DNA from: Pseudolabrys sp.
GTDB taxonomy: Bacteria > Pseudomonadota > Alphaproteobacteria > Rhizobiales > Xanthobacteraceae
Reading direction: 5' to 3'
Assembly (NCBI GenBank): GCA_051959715.1
Contig: JBQCFB010000315.1
Span: 1 to 48,793 of the forward strand
DNA: 48,793 nt
Shown here one piece after another: positions 39,281 through 48,793 of this stretch; position 1 is the first letter of the stretch, and each line of letters starts with the position of its first letter. The notes beneath the pieces were generated by a model that saw only the letters and a program-made list of their open reading frames with translations, was not told where the DNA came from and did not search any database. A program made the translations under genes and the position numbers.

Positions 39281-39772
39281 ATGTCGCTACCGACTATGAC
39301 CGCAGCACGGCAGCCGGAAAAGGCGGGTTTTTGGGCCGTGGCGGCGCTTTCGGCTCTGCTGGCGGCTGCCCCGGCGTCGGCCGATCCCCTGGTGGTCAAC
39401 CGGGCGACCGGCCTTGCCCTCTCCGGCTACGATCCGGTCGCCTACTTCACCGATCACGCGCCGCAACCCGGCCGGGCCGATCTCGAAATGAGCCACGACG
39501 GCGCCGTCTGGCGCTTCCGTAACACCGGCAATCGCGACGCCTTCCGCGACCATCCGGAGACCTATACGCCGCGCTTCGGCGGCTACGACCCGGTCGCGAT
39601 CACGCGCAACCGTTCGGTCGAGGGCAATCCGCAGTTCTGGGCGATCGCCGGCGACCGGCTCTATCTCTTCTATAGCGACGCCGACCGTGCGGCCTTCGTC
39701 GCGGCGCCGGGCCGCGTGCTCGAGGTCGCCGAGCGGAACTGGCCCGAGGTTTTGCGCACCATCGGGCGCTGA
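39281..39772 (+). CDS. YHS-domain-family exported protein (start may be 39296)
   Basis: ALSGYDPVAYF, WRFRNTGNRDAF..HPETYTPRFGGY, RLYLFY. Confidence 0.85.
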   Translation: MSLPTMTAARQPEKAGFWAVAALSALLAAAPASADPLVVNRATGLALSGYDPVAYFTDHAPQPGRADLEMSHDGAVWRFRNTGNRDAFRDHPETYTPRFGGYDPVAITRNRSVEGNPQFWAIAGDRLYLFYSDADRAAFVAAPGRVLEVAERNWPEVLRTIGR

Positions 39773-39774
39773 GG

Positions 39775-40608
39775 TCAGCGGCGCCCGGCCCGGGTACGGT
39801 CGCCCCAGGCGATGAAACCGGGCACCAGGAATTTGCCGCCCGAGCCGAAGCGCAAGGGCCCGCCGTCCGGATCGGTGACGAGGCCGCCCGCGGCATCGAG
39901 GATGGCGCAGCCGGCGGCGATGTCCCATTCGCTGGTCGGCCCGAGCCGCGGATAGAGGTCGGCTCTGCCCTCGGCGATGTGGCAGAATTTCACCGACGAG
40001 CCGCAGGCGTAGCGCTCGATTGCCGGAAAGCGGCGGAGCCAGGCCTCGCTCTCCTTGTCCATGTGGCTGCGCGAGACCGCGACGACGAGCCTGTCCGGCG
40101 CCGGCCGGGTGCGGATGGGCCCACGTTCGCGCACCGCGCCGTCGCTCCACCGCATTGTCAGCCGCTCGGCGCCGTGGCCGGGGACGCCGCGCCACAGGAT
40201 GCCTTGCGCCGGCGCGGCGATCAGGCCGGCGACCGGCACGCCGCGCGTGGCGATGGCGAGGTTGACGGTGAATTCGTCGCGGCCGGCGATGAACTCCGTG
40301 GTGCCGTCGAGAGGGTCGACGATGGCGACGCTTTTGTCGACCTGCGCCCCCGCCCCCCGGCTGATGCTCTCCTCGGCGACCACCGCCAGTCCCGGGATCA
40401 GCCGCGCGAGCCCCTCCAGGATCACCGCCTCCGACGCCTCGTCGGCGGCCGTCACCGGCGACTGGTCGGGCTTGATGCGGCGCTCCACCTCGGTCCCCGG
40501 CTTCACCATCGTCACCGCCGCGGCGCGCGCGACGATCGCCGTCAGCCCGTCGAGCAGCGTCAGCGCGATGTCCGGCGTAATTTCGGGTGCGGCCTTATGG
40601 GTCGTCAT
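39775..40608 (-). CDS. cysQ: 3'(2'),5'-bisphosphate nucleotidase CysQ family
   Basis: KPDQSPVTAAD, VDPLDGT, EFTVNLA, SRSH, GSSVKF, EWDIAAG. Confidence 0.88.
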   Translation of the reverse strand: MTTHKAAPEITPDIALTLLDGLTAIVARAAAVTMVKPGTEVERRIKPDQSPVTAADEASEAVILEGLARLIPGLAVVAEESISRGAGAQVDKSVAIVDPLDGTTEFIAGRDEFTVNLAIATRGVPVAGLIAAPAQGILWRGVPGHGAERLTMRWSDGAVRERGPIRTRPAPDRLVVAVSRSHMDKESEAWLRRFPAIERYACGSSVKFCHIAEGRADLYPRLGPTSEWDIAAGCAILDAAGGLVTDPDGGPLRFGSGGKFLVPGFIAWGDRTRAGRR

Positions 40609-40725
40609 GACGATCCGTTAGGTGCTTGGCGCGTGCGGCGGCTGCGGTGTATGGCCGTGATGGCCTCGGGAGGCGTCGATTCGCCTGTTTCGCGGTCCAG
40701 CGCAAGCCCAGCGGGAGAAAATGAC

Positions 40726-41358
40726 ATGTCGGACAAGCAAATCGAAGCGCTCGACCTTGCCGCACTCCTCTGCTCCCGCGTCTGCCACGACCTGATCAGC
40801 CCGGTCGGCGCCATCGTCAACGGGCTCGAAGTCCTGGCCGAATCCAAGGACGAGGAGACCAAGGAGTTTGCGCTCGACCTGATCAAGAAGAGCGCCGGCA
40901 CGGCTTCGGCAAAGCTCCAGTTCTGCCGCATCGCCTTCGGCGCGGCGGGGTCGGCCGGCGCGCAGATCGACACCGGCGACGCCGAAAAGGTCGCGCGCGG
41001 GTTCCTCGAGGACGAGAAGACCAAGATCGAATGGACTCTGCCGCGGCTTCTCATGCCGAAGAACCGGGTCAAGCTCCTGCTCAATATGCTGCTGATCGCG
41101 CAGCAGGGCATCCCGCGCGGCGGCAAGCTGTCGGTCGCGCCGGTCGGCGAGGGCGAGAGCATGGGTTTTACGGTCACCGCCACCGGCACTAACGCCAAGG
41201 TGCCGCCGAATGCCGCCCTGATGTCGGGCCAGATCGGCGAGGAGGGTGTCGACGCCCACCGCATCCAGCCGTTCTATGCCGGCCTCCTGGCGCGCGCCTG
41301 CGGCTTGACCGCGTCCGCCGCCATGGACGGCGAGGCCGCGGTGATCGCCGCGCGCTAG
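40726..41358 (+). CDS. chpT: Histidine phosphotransferase
   Basis: LAALLCSRVCHDLISPVGAIVNGLE, RIAFGAAGSAG, IPRGG, IQPFY. Confidence 0.93.
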   Translation: MSDKQIEALDLAALLCSRVCHDLISPVGAIVNGLEVLAESKDEETKEFALDLIKKSAGTASAKLQFCRIAFGAAGSAGAQIDTGDAEKVARGFLEDEKTKIEWTLPRLLMPKNRVKLLLNMLLIAQQGIPRGGKLSVAPVGEGESMGFTVTATGTNAKVPPNAALMSGQIGEEGVDAHRIQPFYAGLLARACGLTASAAMDGEAAVIAAR

Positions 41359-41363
41359 GCGGG

Positions 41364-41379
41364 TTAACGAACGCTTAAC
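41364..41379. promoter_or_regulatory. CtrA binding site upstream of cheA
   Basis: Exact TTAA-N7-TTAAC (TTAACGAACGCTTAAC). Confidence 0.8.
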
Positions 41380-41495
41380 GCGATCGGTCAGGCGGGTAAT
41401 CCGCAACCAAAATTAAACCGTTACCGGCCAGACTGGCCTCGCTCCGATGGACGGCGTGGGGGCGGGCAAGCGCTCGCCGGTAAAGGCGTTTCTCA

Positions 41496-44108
41496 ATGGA
41501 CGACCTGTTGCGGGAGTTCGTGACCGAGACGAACGAGAGTCTCGACGTGGTCGACGTCGAACTCGTGCGTTTCGAGCGTGAGCCTGGCAACGCCACCATC
41601 ATCAACAACGTCTTCCGCCTCGTTCACACCATCAAGGGTACCTGCGGCTTCCTCGGCCTGCCGCGGCTCGAGGCGCTCGCGCATGCCGCCGAAGCGCTGA
41701 TGGGCCGCTTCCGCGACGGCGTGCCGGCGACCACCGACGCCGTGACGCTGATCCTCGCCAGCATCGATCGCATCAAGCAGATCCTGGAGTCGCTCGAGAA
41801 CGAGCAGCGCGAGCCGGACGGCGCCGACGACGATCTCATTTCCGGGCTGACCGGCATGGCCGCGTCGCTCGATCCGAAGAAGCAGCAGACAGCCCCGCCG
41901 CAGCAGACCATTGGCACGCTGGTCGAGCAGGTGCTCGAGCGACCGCTTCTGCCCGGCGAAGATTCGCTCGACGACCTCGAGCGCGCGTTCCGCGCAACAC
42001 CGGTCGACGCGCCGCAGCGCCGCGCCAAGTCGCCGCTTGCCGAAGTGGCCAGGGAAGATGCCGAGCGCAACGGCAACCAGTCGATCCGCGTGACGGTCGA
42101 TACGCTCGAAAAGCTGATGACCATGGTCTCGGAACTGGTGCTGACGCGCAACCAGCTCCTCGAGATCGGCCGCCGCCACGAGGAATCCGAATTCAAGACA
42201 CCGCTGCAACGCCTGTCGAACGTCACCGCCGAATTGCAGGAAGGCGTGATGAAGACGCGGATGCAGCCGATCGGCAATGCCTGGCAGAAGCTGCCGCGCA
42301 TCGTGCGCGACCTGTCGCAGGAGCTCGGCAAGCATATCGACCTGGAAATGCAGGGCGCCGAGACCGAGCTCGACCGTCAGGTGCTCGACCTGATCAAGGA
42401 TCCGCTCACGCACATGCTGCGCAACTCCGCCGACCACGGGCTGGAGTCGCCGGAAGAGCGCCGCGCCGCCGGCAAGCCCGAGCGGGGCCATATTCGCCTG
42501 TCGGCCTGGCATGAAGGCGGCTTCATCGTCATCCAGATCGCGGACGACGGCCGCGGGCTCAACACCGAGCGCATCAAGACGAAGGCGCTCGCGCAAGGGT
42601 TGGCCAATGAGGCCGAGCTTGAAAAGCTCACGGAAGCCCAGATCCACAAATTCATCTTCGCGCCCGGCTTCTCGACCGCGTCCGAAGTGACCAGCATTTC
42701 CGGCCGCGGCGTCGGCATGGACGTCGTGCGCACCAATATCGACCAGATCGGCGGTACGATCGACGTGCGCTCGGTGCCCGGCGTCGGCGTCAGCTTCACG
42801 GTGAAGATCCCGCTGACGCTTGCCATCGTCTCGGCGTTGATCGTCGAATCCGCCGGCGACCGTTTCGCCATTCCGCAGCTCGCCGTGATCGAGCTCGTGC
42901 GCGCGCACGGCGGCAGCGATCACCGCATCGAGCGCATCAAGGACACCGCGGTGCTCAGGCTCCGCGACAAGCTGCTGCCGGTCGCGCGGCTGAGCCGCCT
43001 GCTCGGCATCACGCCGGCTGCGCCGGAGAGCGTCGAGCAAGGCTTCATCGTCGTCACGCAGGTCGGCCCGCAGACCTTCGGCATCGTCGTCGACGCGGTC
43101 TTCCACACCGAAGAAATCGTCGTGAAGCCGATGTCCAGCAAGCTGCGGCACATCGCGCTGTTCTGCGGCAACACCATCCTCGGCGACGGTTCGGTGATCA
43201 TGATCATCGACCCGAACGGCATCGCGCAGGCGCTCGGCACCACTGCGGCCGCGCAGCTGCAGGTCGCCGCGGCCGAGACCGAAGCTGTCGCCGAGGTCGA
43301 GCAGTCGACCTCGCTTCTCCTTTTCCGCGCCGGCTCGTCGCAGCCGAAGGCCGTGCCGCTGTCGCTCGTCACCCGCCTCGAGGAGATCGACGCGCGCAAG
43401 ATCGAGCTCTCCAATGGCCGCCACATGATCCAGTATCGCGGCCAGCTCATGCCGCTGGTGCGCATGAACCCCAGCGTCACCGTCCGCAGCGAGGGCGCGC
43501 AGCCGCTGCTCGTCTTCTCCGACGGATCGCGATCGATGGCGCTGGTCGTCGACGAGATCGTCGACATTGTGGAAGACCGGCTCGACATCGAGGTCACCGG
43601 CGGCGGCGAAGGCCTGCTCGGCTCGGCCATCGTCAAGGGCCACGCCACCGAGATCGTCGATATCGGCCACTTCCTGCCGCTCGCCTTCGAAGACTGGTTC
43701 CGCCGCAAGGAGCAGAAGGTCGCGCCGCGTCGCCGCGCCGTGCTGCTGGTCGACGACTCGCCGTTCTTCCGCAACATGCTGGCGCCGGTGCTCCAGGCCG
43801 CCGGCTTCGACGTGACCACAGCCGGTTCCGGCGCCGAGGCGCTGGCGCATCTCGACGGCGGCGCCACGGTCGACATCGTCATCACCGATATCGAAATGCC
43901 GGAGATGGACGGCTTTGCGCTGACGCAGGCGCTGCGCAAGCATCCGCGCGGCGCCGAGGTGCCGGTCATCGGCCTGTCCTCCATCGTCTCGGCCGAGGCG
44001 ATCGCGCGCGGACGCGAGGTCGGCTTCCACGACTACGTCGCCAAGTTCGATCGTCAGGGCCTGATTGCGGCGCTGAAGGAACAAAGCGAATTCGGGCAGG
44101 CCGCATGA
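41496..44108 (+). CDS. cheA: Chemotaxis histidine kinase (Hpt, dimerization, HATPase, two CheW-like domains, C-terminal receiver)
   Basis: FRLVHTIKG, RNSADHG, GFSTA, SGRGVGMDVV, C-terminal LLVDDS...TDIEMPEMDG. Confidence 0.96.
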   Translation: MDDLLREFVTETNESLDVVDVELVRFEREPGNATIINNVFRLVHTIKGTCGFLGLPRLEALAHAAEALMGRFRDGVPATTDAVTLILASIDRIKQILESLENEQREPDGADDDLISGLTGMAASLDPKKQQTAPPQQTIGTLVEQVLERPLLPGEDSLDDLERAFRATPVDAPQRRAKSPLAEVAREDAERNGNQSIRVTVDTLEKLMTMVSELVLTRNQLLEIGRRHEESEFKTPLQRLSNVTAELQEGVMKTRMQPIGNAWQKLPRIVRDLSQELGKHIDLEMQGAETELDRQVLDLIKDPLTHMLRNSADHGLESPEERRAAGKPERGHIRLSAWHEGGFIVIQIADDGRGLNTERIKTKALAQGLANEAELEKLTEAQIHKFIFAPGFSTASEVTSISGRGVGMDVVRTNIDQIGGTIDVRSVPGVGVSFTVKIPLTLAIVSALIVESAGDRFAIPQLAVIELVRAHGGSDHRIERIKDTAVLRLRDKLLPVARLSRLLGITPAAPESVEQGFIVVTQVGPQTFGIVVDAVFHTEEIVVKPMSSKLRHIALFCGNTILGDGSVIMIIDPNGIAQALGTTAAAQLQVAAAETEAVAEVEQSTSLLLFRAGSSQPKAVPLSLVTRLEEIDARKIELSNGRHMIQYRGQLMPLVRMNPSVTVRSEGAQPLLVFSDGSRSMALVVDEIVDIVEDRLDIEVTGGGEGLLGSAIVKGHATEIVDIGHFLPLAFEDWFRRKEQKVAPRRRAVLLVDDSPFFRNMLAPVLQAAGFDVTTAGSGAEALAHLDGGATVDIVITDIEMPEMDGFALTQALRKHPRGAEVPVIGLSSIVSAEAIARGREVGFHDYVAKFDRQGLIAALKEQSEFGQAA

Positions 44109-44557
44109 GCGAGACAGGCACCCTGCGCGAATACGTCACGGCCGAGATCGGCGGCGAGCTGATCGGCATGCCGATCCTGCGCGTCCAGGACGTGTTCATT
44201 CCGGAAGGCCCGACGCGCGTGCCGCTGGCGCCGCCTGAGATCGCCGGCGTGCTCAATCTGCGCGGCCGCATCGTCACCCTGATCGACATGCGCCGCCGGC
44301 TCGGGCTGGCGGGCGGTATCGGCAAGGCGACGCTCGCCATCGGCGTCGAGTCGCGCGGCGAATCCTACGGTCTCCTGATCGACGCGATCGGCGAAGTGCT
44401 CAAGCTCGACGAGGATTCGCGCGAACCCAATCCGGTGAACCTCGACCCGCGCCTCGCGCGCGTGTCGATCGGCATTCATCGTCTCAACGAACGGCTGCTC
44501 ATGGTGCTCGATGTCGACCGCGTGCTCGACATCGGCGTGGAATCGATGGCGGCGTGA
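44105..44557 (+). CDS. cheW: Chemotaxis coupling protein
   Basis: VPLAPPEIAGVLNLRGRIV, GLLIDAIGEV. Confidence 0.93.
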   Translation: MSETGTLREYVTAEIGGELIGMPILRVQDVFIPEGPTRVPLAPPEIAGVLNLRGRIVTLIDMRRRLGLAGGIGKATLAIGVESRGESYGLLIDAIGEVLKLDEDSREPNPVNLDPRLARVSIGIHRLNERLLMVLDVDRVLDIGVESMAA

Positions 44558-44586
44558 CCGCACAAGGACTGTGACGAGGACACGAG

Positions 44587-44952
44587 ATGAAAACCTGTTT
44601 GATCGTTGACGACTCCAGCGTCATCCGAAAGGTGGCGCGGCGCATCCTCGAGGGGCTGGATTTCCAGATTCAGGAAGCCGAGGACGGCGAGCAGGCACTC
44701 GATGTCTGCCGGCGCGGCCTGCCCGAGGCCATCCTGCTCGACTGGAATATGCCGAAGATGGACGGCTACGAGTTCCTGCGCTCGCTGCGGCGCCTGCCCG
44801 GCGGCGACGGCCCGAAGGTCGTCTTCTGCACGACCGAGAACGACGTCGCGCATATTGCGCGCGCGCTGCACGCCGGCGCCAATGAATACATCATGAAGCC
44901 GTTCGATCGCGAGATCGTCGAGGCGAAATTCCAGGAAGTCGGCCTGATCTAG
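44587..44952 (+). CDS. cheY: Chemotaxis response regulator
   Basis: [23 protein letters not shown]; single receiver domain in che operon. Confidence 0.9.
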   Translation: MKTCLIVDDSSVIRKVARRILEGLDFQIQEAEDGEQALDVCRRGLPEAILLDWNMPKMDGYEFLRSLRRLPGGDGPKVVFCTTENDVAHIARALHAGANEYIMKPFDREIVEAKFQEVGLI

Positions 44953-44974
44953 AAGAACCGGGACAGGGCGACCG

Positions 44975-46096
44975 ATGACCGCACTCGCTGCAACGACGCA
45001 GCCCGACGCCGCCGCGCGCAAGCGCCTGCGCGTGATGATCGTCGACGACGCCGCCGTCGTGCGCGGACTCATTGCGCGCTGGGTGACGGCGGAGCCTGAT
45101 CTCGATGTCGTCGCGCTGGTGCGCACCGGCCGCGATGCGCTCGACGAGATCGACCGCGCCGATCCGGATGTGGTCGTCCTCGACGTCGAGATGCCCGAGC
45201 TCGACGGCATTTCGGCCGTGCCGCTGCTGCTCGCCACGAAGCGAGACCTCGTCGTCATCATGGCGTCGACGGTCACGCGGCGGAACGCCGAGATCAGCCT
45301 GAAGGCGCTGTCGCTCGGCGCCGCCGACTACGTGCCGAAGCCGTCGACGCCGCACGACGCCGGCTCGTCCGACAATTTCCGCCGCGAACTGATCGAGAAG
45401 ATCCGGGCGCTCGGCCCGCGGGCGCGCCGGCCACGCCTCGCCGCCACGGCGCATCTGCCGCGGCCGGTGCGGCCGCATCAGCCGGTCGTGCTGCGGCCGA
45501 TGCCGCTGACGCCGCCGCGCGTCCTCCTGATCGGCTCTTCGACCGGCGGACCGCAGGCACTCGACGCGGTTCTGTCGCACGCGAGTGCACTCATTTCGCG
45601 GGCTCCGGTGCTGATCACCCAGCACATGCCGCCGACTTTCACGGCGATCCTGGCGGAGCACCTGTCACGCTCGGTCAAGGCGCCGGTGCGCGAGGCCGTC
45701 GATGGCGAGCCGGTCGTGGCCGGCACGGTCTATATCGCGCCGGGCGGCCATCACATGCGTGTGGCGACGCGCGACGGCGCAACAGTCATTGCCATCGACG
45801 ACGGGCCGCACATCAATTTCTGCAAACCGTCGGTCGATCCCTTGTTCTCCTCCGCCGCCACCATCTGGGGCAGCAAGGCACTGGCGCTGGTGCTCACCGG
45901 CATGGGCGCCGATGGTCTTTCCGGTGCGAAGGACTTGGTCGCTGCCGGCGGTCATGTCATCGCCCAGGACGAAGCGACGAGTGTCGTCTGGGGCATGCCT
46001 GGCCAGGTCGCTCATGCCGGCCTGTGCTCGGCGGTGCTGCCGCTCCCCGAGATCGGCTCGCGCCTCACCCGTATGTTCACGGGAGAGCGCGCATGA
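44975..46096 (+). CDS. cheB: Protein-glutamate methylesterase
   Basis: Receiver (LDVEMP) plus [22 protein letters not shown]. Confidence 0.96.
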   Translation: MTALAATTQPDAAARKRLRVMIVDDAAVVRGLIARWVTAEPDLDVVALVRTGRDALDEIDRADPDVVVLDVEMPELDGISAVPLLLATKRDLVVIMASTVTRRNAEISLKALSLGAADYVPKPSTPHDAGSSDNFRRELIEKIRALGPRARRPRLAATAHLPRPVRPHQPVVLRPMPLTPPRVLLIGSSTGGPQALDAVLSHASALISRAPVLITQHMPPTFTAILAEHLSRSVKAPVREAVDGEPVVAGTVYIAPGGHHMRVATRDGATVIAIDDGPHINFCKPSVDPLFSSAATIWGSKALALVLTGMGADGLSGAKDLVAAGGHVIAQDEATSVVWGMPGQVAHAGLCSAVLPLPEIGSRLTRMFTGERA

Positions 46097-46962
46097 CGCC
46101 GCACGACTTCGATTATCTGCGGCGCCTCCTGAAGGACCGCTCCGGCCTCGTCCTGTCGGCGGAGAAGGACTACCTGCTCGAAAGCCGGCTTCTGCCGCTC
46201 GCGCGGCGGCACGGCATGACCTCGCTCGGCGAACTGGCGCAGCGCCTGCGGCAGCCGGGTTCGACCGCGCTTGCCATCGCCGTCACCGAGGCGATGACGA
46301 CCAACGAGACCTTCTTCTTCCGCGATCGTGTTCCGTTCGATCACCTGCGCGACACGGTCGTTCCGGCGCTCGTTGCGGCGCGCGCCCGCGAGAAGCGCCT
46401 CCGCATCTGGTGCACGGCGGCGGCGAGCGGGCAGGAGCCTTATTCGATCGCCATGATGCTCAAGGGCCTCGGCGCCCAGCTCAACGGCTTCCGTATCGAC
46501 ATCATGGCGACCGACCTGTCGGCGGACGTGATCGAGCGCGCCAAGGCGGGGCTCTATTCGCAGTTCGAGGTGCAGCGCGGCCTGCCGATCCAGTTGCTGG
46601 TGAAATATTTCAGCAAGAGCGGCGAGGCCTGGGAGATCGCGCCTGAGCTGCGCAACATGGTGCAGTTCCGCACGCTCAACCTGCTCAACGACTTCTCGCC
46701 GCTCGGGCAATTCGACATCGTCTTCTGCCGCAACGTGCTCATCTATTTCGACCAGCCGACGAAGATCGGCGTGCTCGAGCGCATTGCGCGGCAGATGCCG
46801 GAGGACGGCTATCTGACCCTCGGCGCCGCGGAGACAGTCGTCGGTCTCACCGACTGCTTCGGCCCCGTGCCGGACAGGCGCGGCCTCTATATGCCGGCCA
46901 CGCCCGCGCGCCGCGCTCAGGCGCTGGGCGGCAACGTCACACGCTTCGCCGCCAAGGTCTGA
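46093..46962 (+). CDS. cheR: Protein-glutamate O-methyltransferase
   Basis: [25 protein letters not shown]; ATGA overlap with cheB stop. Confidence 0.96.
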   Translation: MTPHDFDYLRRLLKDRSGLVLSAEKDYLLESRLLPLARRHGMTSLGELAQRLRQPGSTALAIAVTEAMTTNETFFFRDRVPFDHLRDTVVPALVAARAREKRLRIWCTAAASGQEPYSIAMMLKGLGAQLNGFRIDIMATDLSADVIERAKAGLYSQFEVQRGLPIQLLVKYFSKSGEAWEIAPELRNMVQFRTLNLLNDFSPLGQFDIVFCRNVLIYFDQPTKIGVLERIARQMPEDGYLTLGAAETVVGLTDCFGPVPDRRGLYMPATPARRAQALGGNVTRFAAKV

Positions 46963-46983
46963 TCGACCCGTTACGACGCTGCT

Positions 46984-47679
46984 TCAGACCGCTGCGGCGA
47001 ATTTTTGCGCCACGCGCGGCGCCGCTGCCAATTCCAGCCGATAGCGTGTGCCGGGTGCCGCCTGATCGAGGGTGAGCCGCGCGCCGTTGCGCTCGGCGAG
47101 TTCGCGCGCGATGGCGATGCCGAAGCCGCTGCCGCCGGACGCAGAGCGCGTGCCGCGGCGAAACAAGTTGCGGCGCACGCCCGCCGGCAGCCCGGGCCCA
47201 TCGTCGGCAATGGTGACGACGACGATCGCCTCGTCGCGCACGATGTCGATGCGGATTTCATGCATCACCGCGCCGTGGCGCGCAGCCGTGACCGCGTTCT
47301 GCAGGAGGTTGAAGAGCGCGCGATAGAGATCGGTGACGTCGCCGGTGACGAGGCAATGCGTCTCGCTCGGAATGCGGATCTTGAGCTTCGGCGGCGCCAG
47401 AGCGCCCAGTTGCGCGCAAATCTCGCGCAGCACCGGCATCAGATCGACGGTGCGGCGGCGGGGTTCTAACGCGCCTGGCTCGTCGAGCGAGGCATTGCAC
47501 AGCCCCGCGGCACGCCGAAGCGTCGCCTGCGCCGCGCTCGCGGCTTTGCGTCCGGACGCGCCGGCAAGGCGCTCGAGCGTTTCCAGATGCAGGCTGGCGA
47601 CTGCCAGCGCATTGCGAATGTCGTGCGCCCATGGGGCGCTGAGTGCGATGGGCCTTGAGGCGACGAGGGTGAGGGACAT
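46984..47679 (-). CDS. Short histidine kinase without evident sensor domain (start uncertain)
   Basis: H-box-like AHDIRNAL, N-box LFNLLQNA, G1 DDGPG, G2 GSGFGIAI. Confidence 0.8.
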   Translation of the reverse strand: MSLTLVASRPIALSAPWAHDIRNALAVASLHLETLERLAGASGRKAASAAQATLRRAAGLCNASLDEPGALEPRRRTVDLMPVLREICAQLGALAPPKLKIRIPSETHCLVTGDVTDLYRALFNLLQNAVTAARHGAVMHEIRIDIVRDEAIVVVTIADDGPGLPAGVRRNLFRRGTRSASGGSGFGIAIARELAERNGARLTLDQAAPGTRYRLELAAAPRVAQKFAAAV

Positions 47680-47797
47680 GGCAAGCACCGATGCCTGGAG
47701 GGCGGATGTGCCATCCAACCCGCTGCGGGCTGCCGCGGCCAATGCCGGTTGGCTCCGGCGGCGATACGCGGCGGCTATCGTCGCACTCCCGAACGAC

Positions 47798-47828
47798 AAA
47801 GGCCCCGGGCACGCGCGTCCGGGGCCTC
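47798..47828 (-). terminator. Putative terminator after DUF1236 gene
   Basis: AGGCCCCGG/CCGGGGCCT stem with short U tract on minus strand. Confidence 0.55.
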
Positions 47829-47851
47829 GTCACGTCGAATTTGCGTGAGGC

Positions 47852-48271
47852 TTACTCGATCACCTCGACGACGCGGCGGGTCGACGGCTCGACCAGCACC
47901 GGATGGCCGTTGATGACCGTGTAGCGATAGCCTTGGCGCACGTGGAAGCGCTCGGGCACCTCGTAATAGGTCACGCCTTCCTGCGGCAGCACGACGCCGA
48001 CATGCACCGGCTCGCGATAGGTGTAGGACGGCACGCGCTCGTGCACGACGTATTCGCGGAAGCGCGGTCGATCGTCGACGCCCAGGATGCCGCCGACGGT
48101 GCCGGCAACGGCGCCAACCGTGCCGCCCACGACCGCGCCAACCGGTCCGGCCGCATGCGCGCCAGCGTCCGCGCCTTCCGCGGCGCCACGCACGGTGCCC
48201 TGCGCCTGCGCCGCCACCGGCAGCGCAATGATCGCGGCCAGAGTGGCCGCGGCGAGAATCTTCGTCTTCAT
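47852..48271 (-). CDS. DUF1236-family secreted protein with glycine zipper
   Basis: Signal peptide; GPVGAVVGG; C-terminal YRYTVINGHPVLVEPSTRRVVEVIE; GGAG RBS. Confidence 0.85.
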   Translation of the reverse strand: MKTKILAAATLAAIIALPVAAQAQGTVRGAAEGADAGAHAAGPVGAVVGGTVGAVAGTVGGILGVDDRPRFREYVVHERVPSYTYREPVHVGVVLPQEGVTYYEVPERFHVRQGYRYTVINGHPVLVEPSTRRVVEVIE

Positions 48272-48418
48272 CGGTCGCTCCAAGGTTGTTGAGGAAATCG
48301 CCGAAGCGGGCGACTTGGAGCCTGACCAATCCTGGAACCCTACTTTTGGTTCCGACGACGAGTTCCGCGCAAAATGCACGGAAAAGTGGCGGCGGGCGAC
48401 TCTCGAGAAAAGCAGAAT

Positions 48419-48448
48419 TAAAAAACCCCGGGCGAGAGGCCCGGGGTT
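48419..48448 (-). terminator. Intrinsic terminator downstream of ctrA / candidate sRNA
   Basis: AACCCCGGGC/GCCCGGGGTT stem followed by U tract on minus strand. Confidence 0.85.
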
Positions 48449-48512
48449 CAAGTTGGGAGGAGAGAGCCCGAAGGCTCAAGATGTACGCAGACGCAACGCA
48501 GGGAAATCCTGA
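48419..48512 (-). ncRNA. Candidate sRNA with UUCG hairpin and CUCCUCCC anti-SD motif
   Basis: Minus strand: CAGG/CCTG hairpin, GAGCC-TTCG-GGCTC, TCTCCTCCC, then terminator; no convincing ORF. Confidence 0.5.
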
Positions 48513-48552
48513 ACGTTTAGTCTGCGCGGCATTCGCGCCGCGTCGGCAGCGA

Positions 48553-48792
48553 TTACGCCGGGATCCTCTCGTCGGCCTCGCCCGGCTCGCGCAGCACGTA
48601 GCCGCGGCCCCAGACGGTCTCGATGTAGTTTTTGCCCGACGACGCGTTCGCAAGCTTCTTGCGCAGCTTGCAGATGAACACGTCGATGATCTTGAGCTCC
48701 GGCTCGTCCATGCCGCCGTAGAGATGATTGAGGAACATCTCCTTGGTGAGCGTCGTCCCTTTGCGCAGGGAGAGCAGCTCGAGCATCTGGTA
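48553..48792 (-). CDS. ctrA: Cell-cycle master regulator CtrA, 3' part (5'-truncated by window edge)
   Basis: [47 protein letters not shown]...IETVWGRGY. Confidence 0.96.
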   Translation of the reverse strand, partial: YQMLELLSLRKGTTLTKEMFLNHLYGGMDEPELKIIDVFICKLRKKLANASSGKNYIETVWGRGYVLREPGEADERIPA

Positions 48793-48793
48793 T

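Noticed and set aside
41493-44084. 863-aa antisense ORF over cheA, and similar long ORFs at 24480-26003, 27332-28885, 33698-35281 and 36830-38524
   Set aside because: Expected shadow ORFs in high-GC DNA; no recognisable motifs

Overview
High-GC alphaproteobacterial chromosomal segment; gene content suggests Hyphomicrobiales, probably Xanthobacteraceae/Nitrobacteraceae-like (inference). 1-25.2 kb is a C1-metabolism island. It holds a NitT/TauT-type ABC transporter, two small Cys-containing secreted proteins, and the H4MPT/methylofuran formaldehyde-oxidation genes (fhcBADC, pterin-4a-carbinolamine dehydratase, mptG, mtdB, orfY, mch, orf5, orf7, fae, orf17, orf9). It also holds PQQ biosynthesis genes (pqqBCDE plus a separately oriented pqqA) and an exbB-exbD-tonB operon divergent from a TonB-dependent receptor. 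25-36.8 kb is mixed: hpnG-like gene, small ORFs, tcuAB, BA14K, hsp20-lon, ferredoxin reductase, HTH-PBP regulator, DUF971, tRNA-Val. 36.9-48.8 kb is a cell-cycle/chemotaxis region: coiled-coil protein, eipA/DUF1134, YHS, cysQ, chpT, cheAWYBR with a CtrA box, a sensor-less kinase, DUF1236 and the 3' end of ctrA. Most notable observations: (i) a second, diverged PqqA-like peptide missing from the ORF track, at the canonical position before pqqB, whose PQQ-forming Glu/Tyr are replaced by Asp/Ser; (ii) a small secreted protein with a lanmodulin-like loop plus a candidate lanthanide or PQQ uptake apparatus; (iii) a His-rich 18-bp repeat at the TonB N-terminus; (iv) a candidate anti-Shine-Dalgarno sRNA downstream of ctrA. 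All assignments come from motif and synteny recognition by eye; no searches were run.
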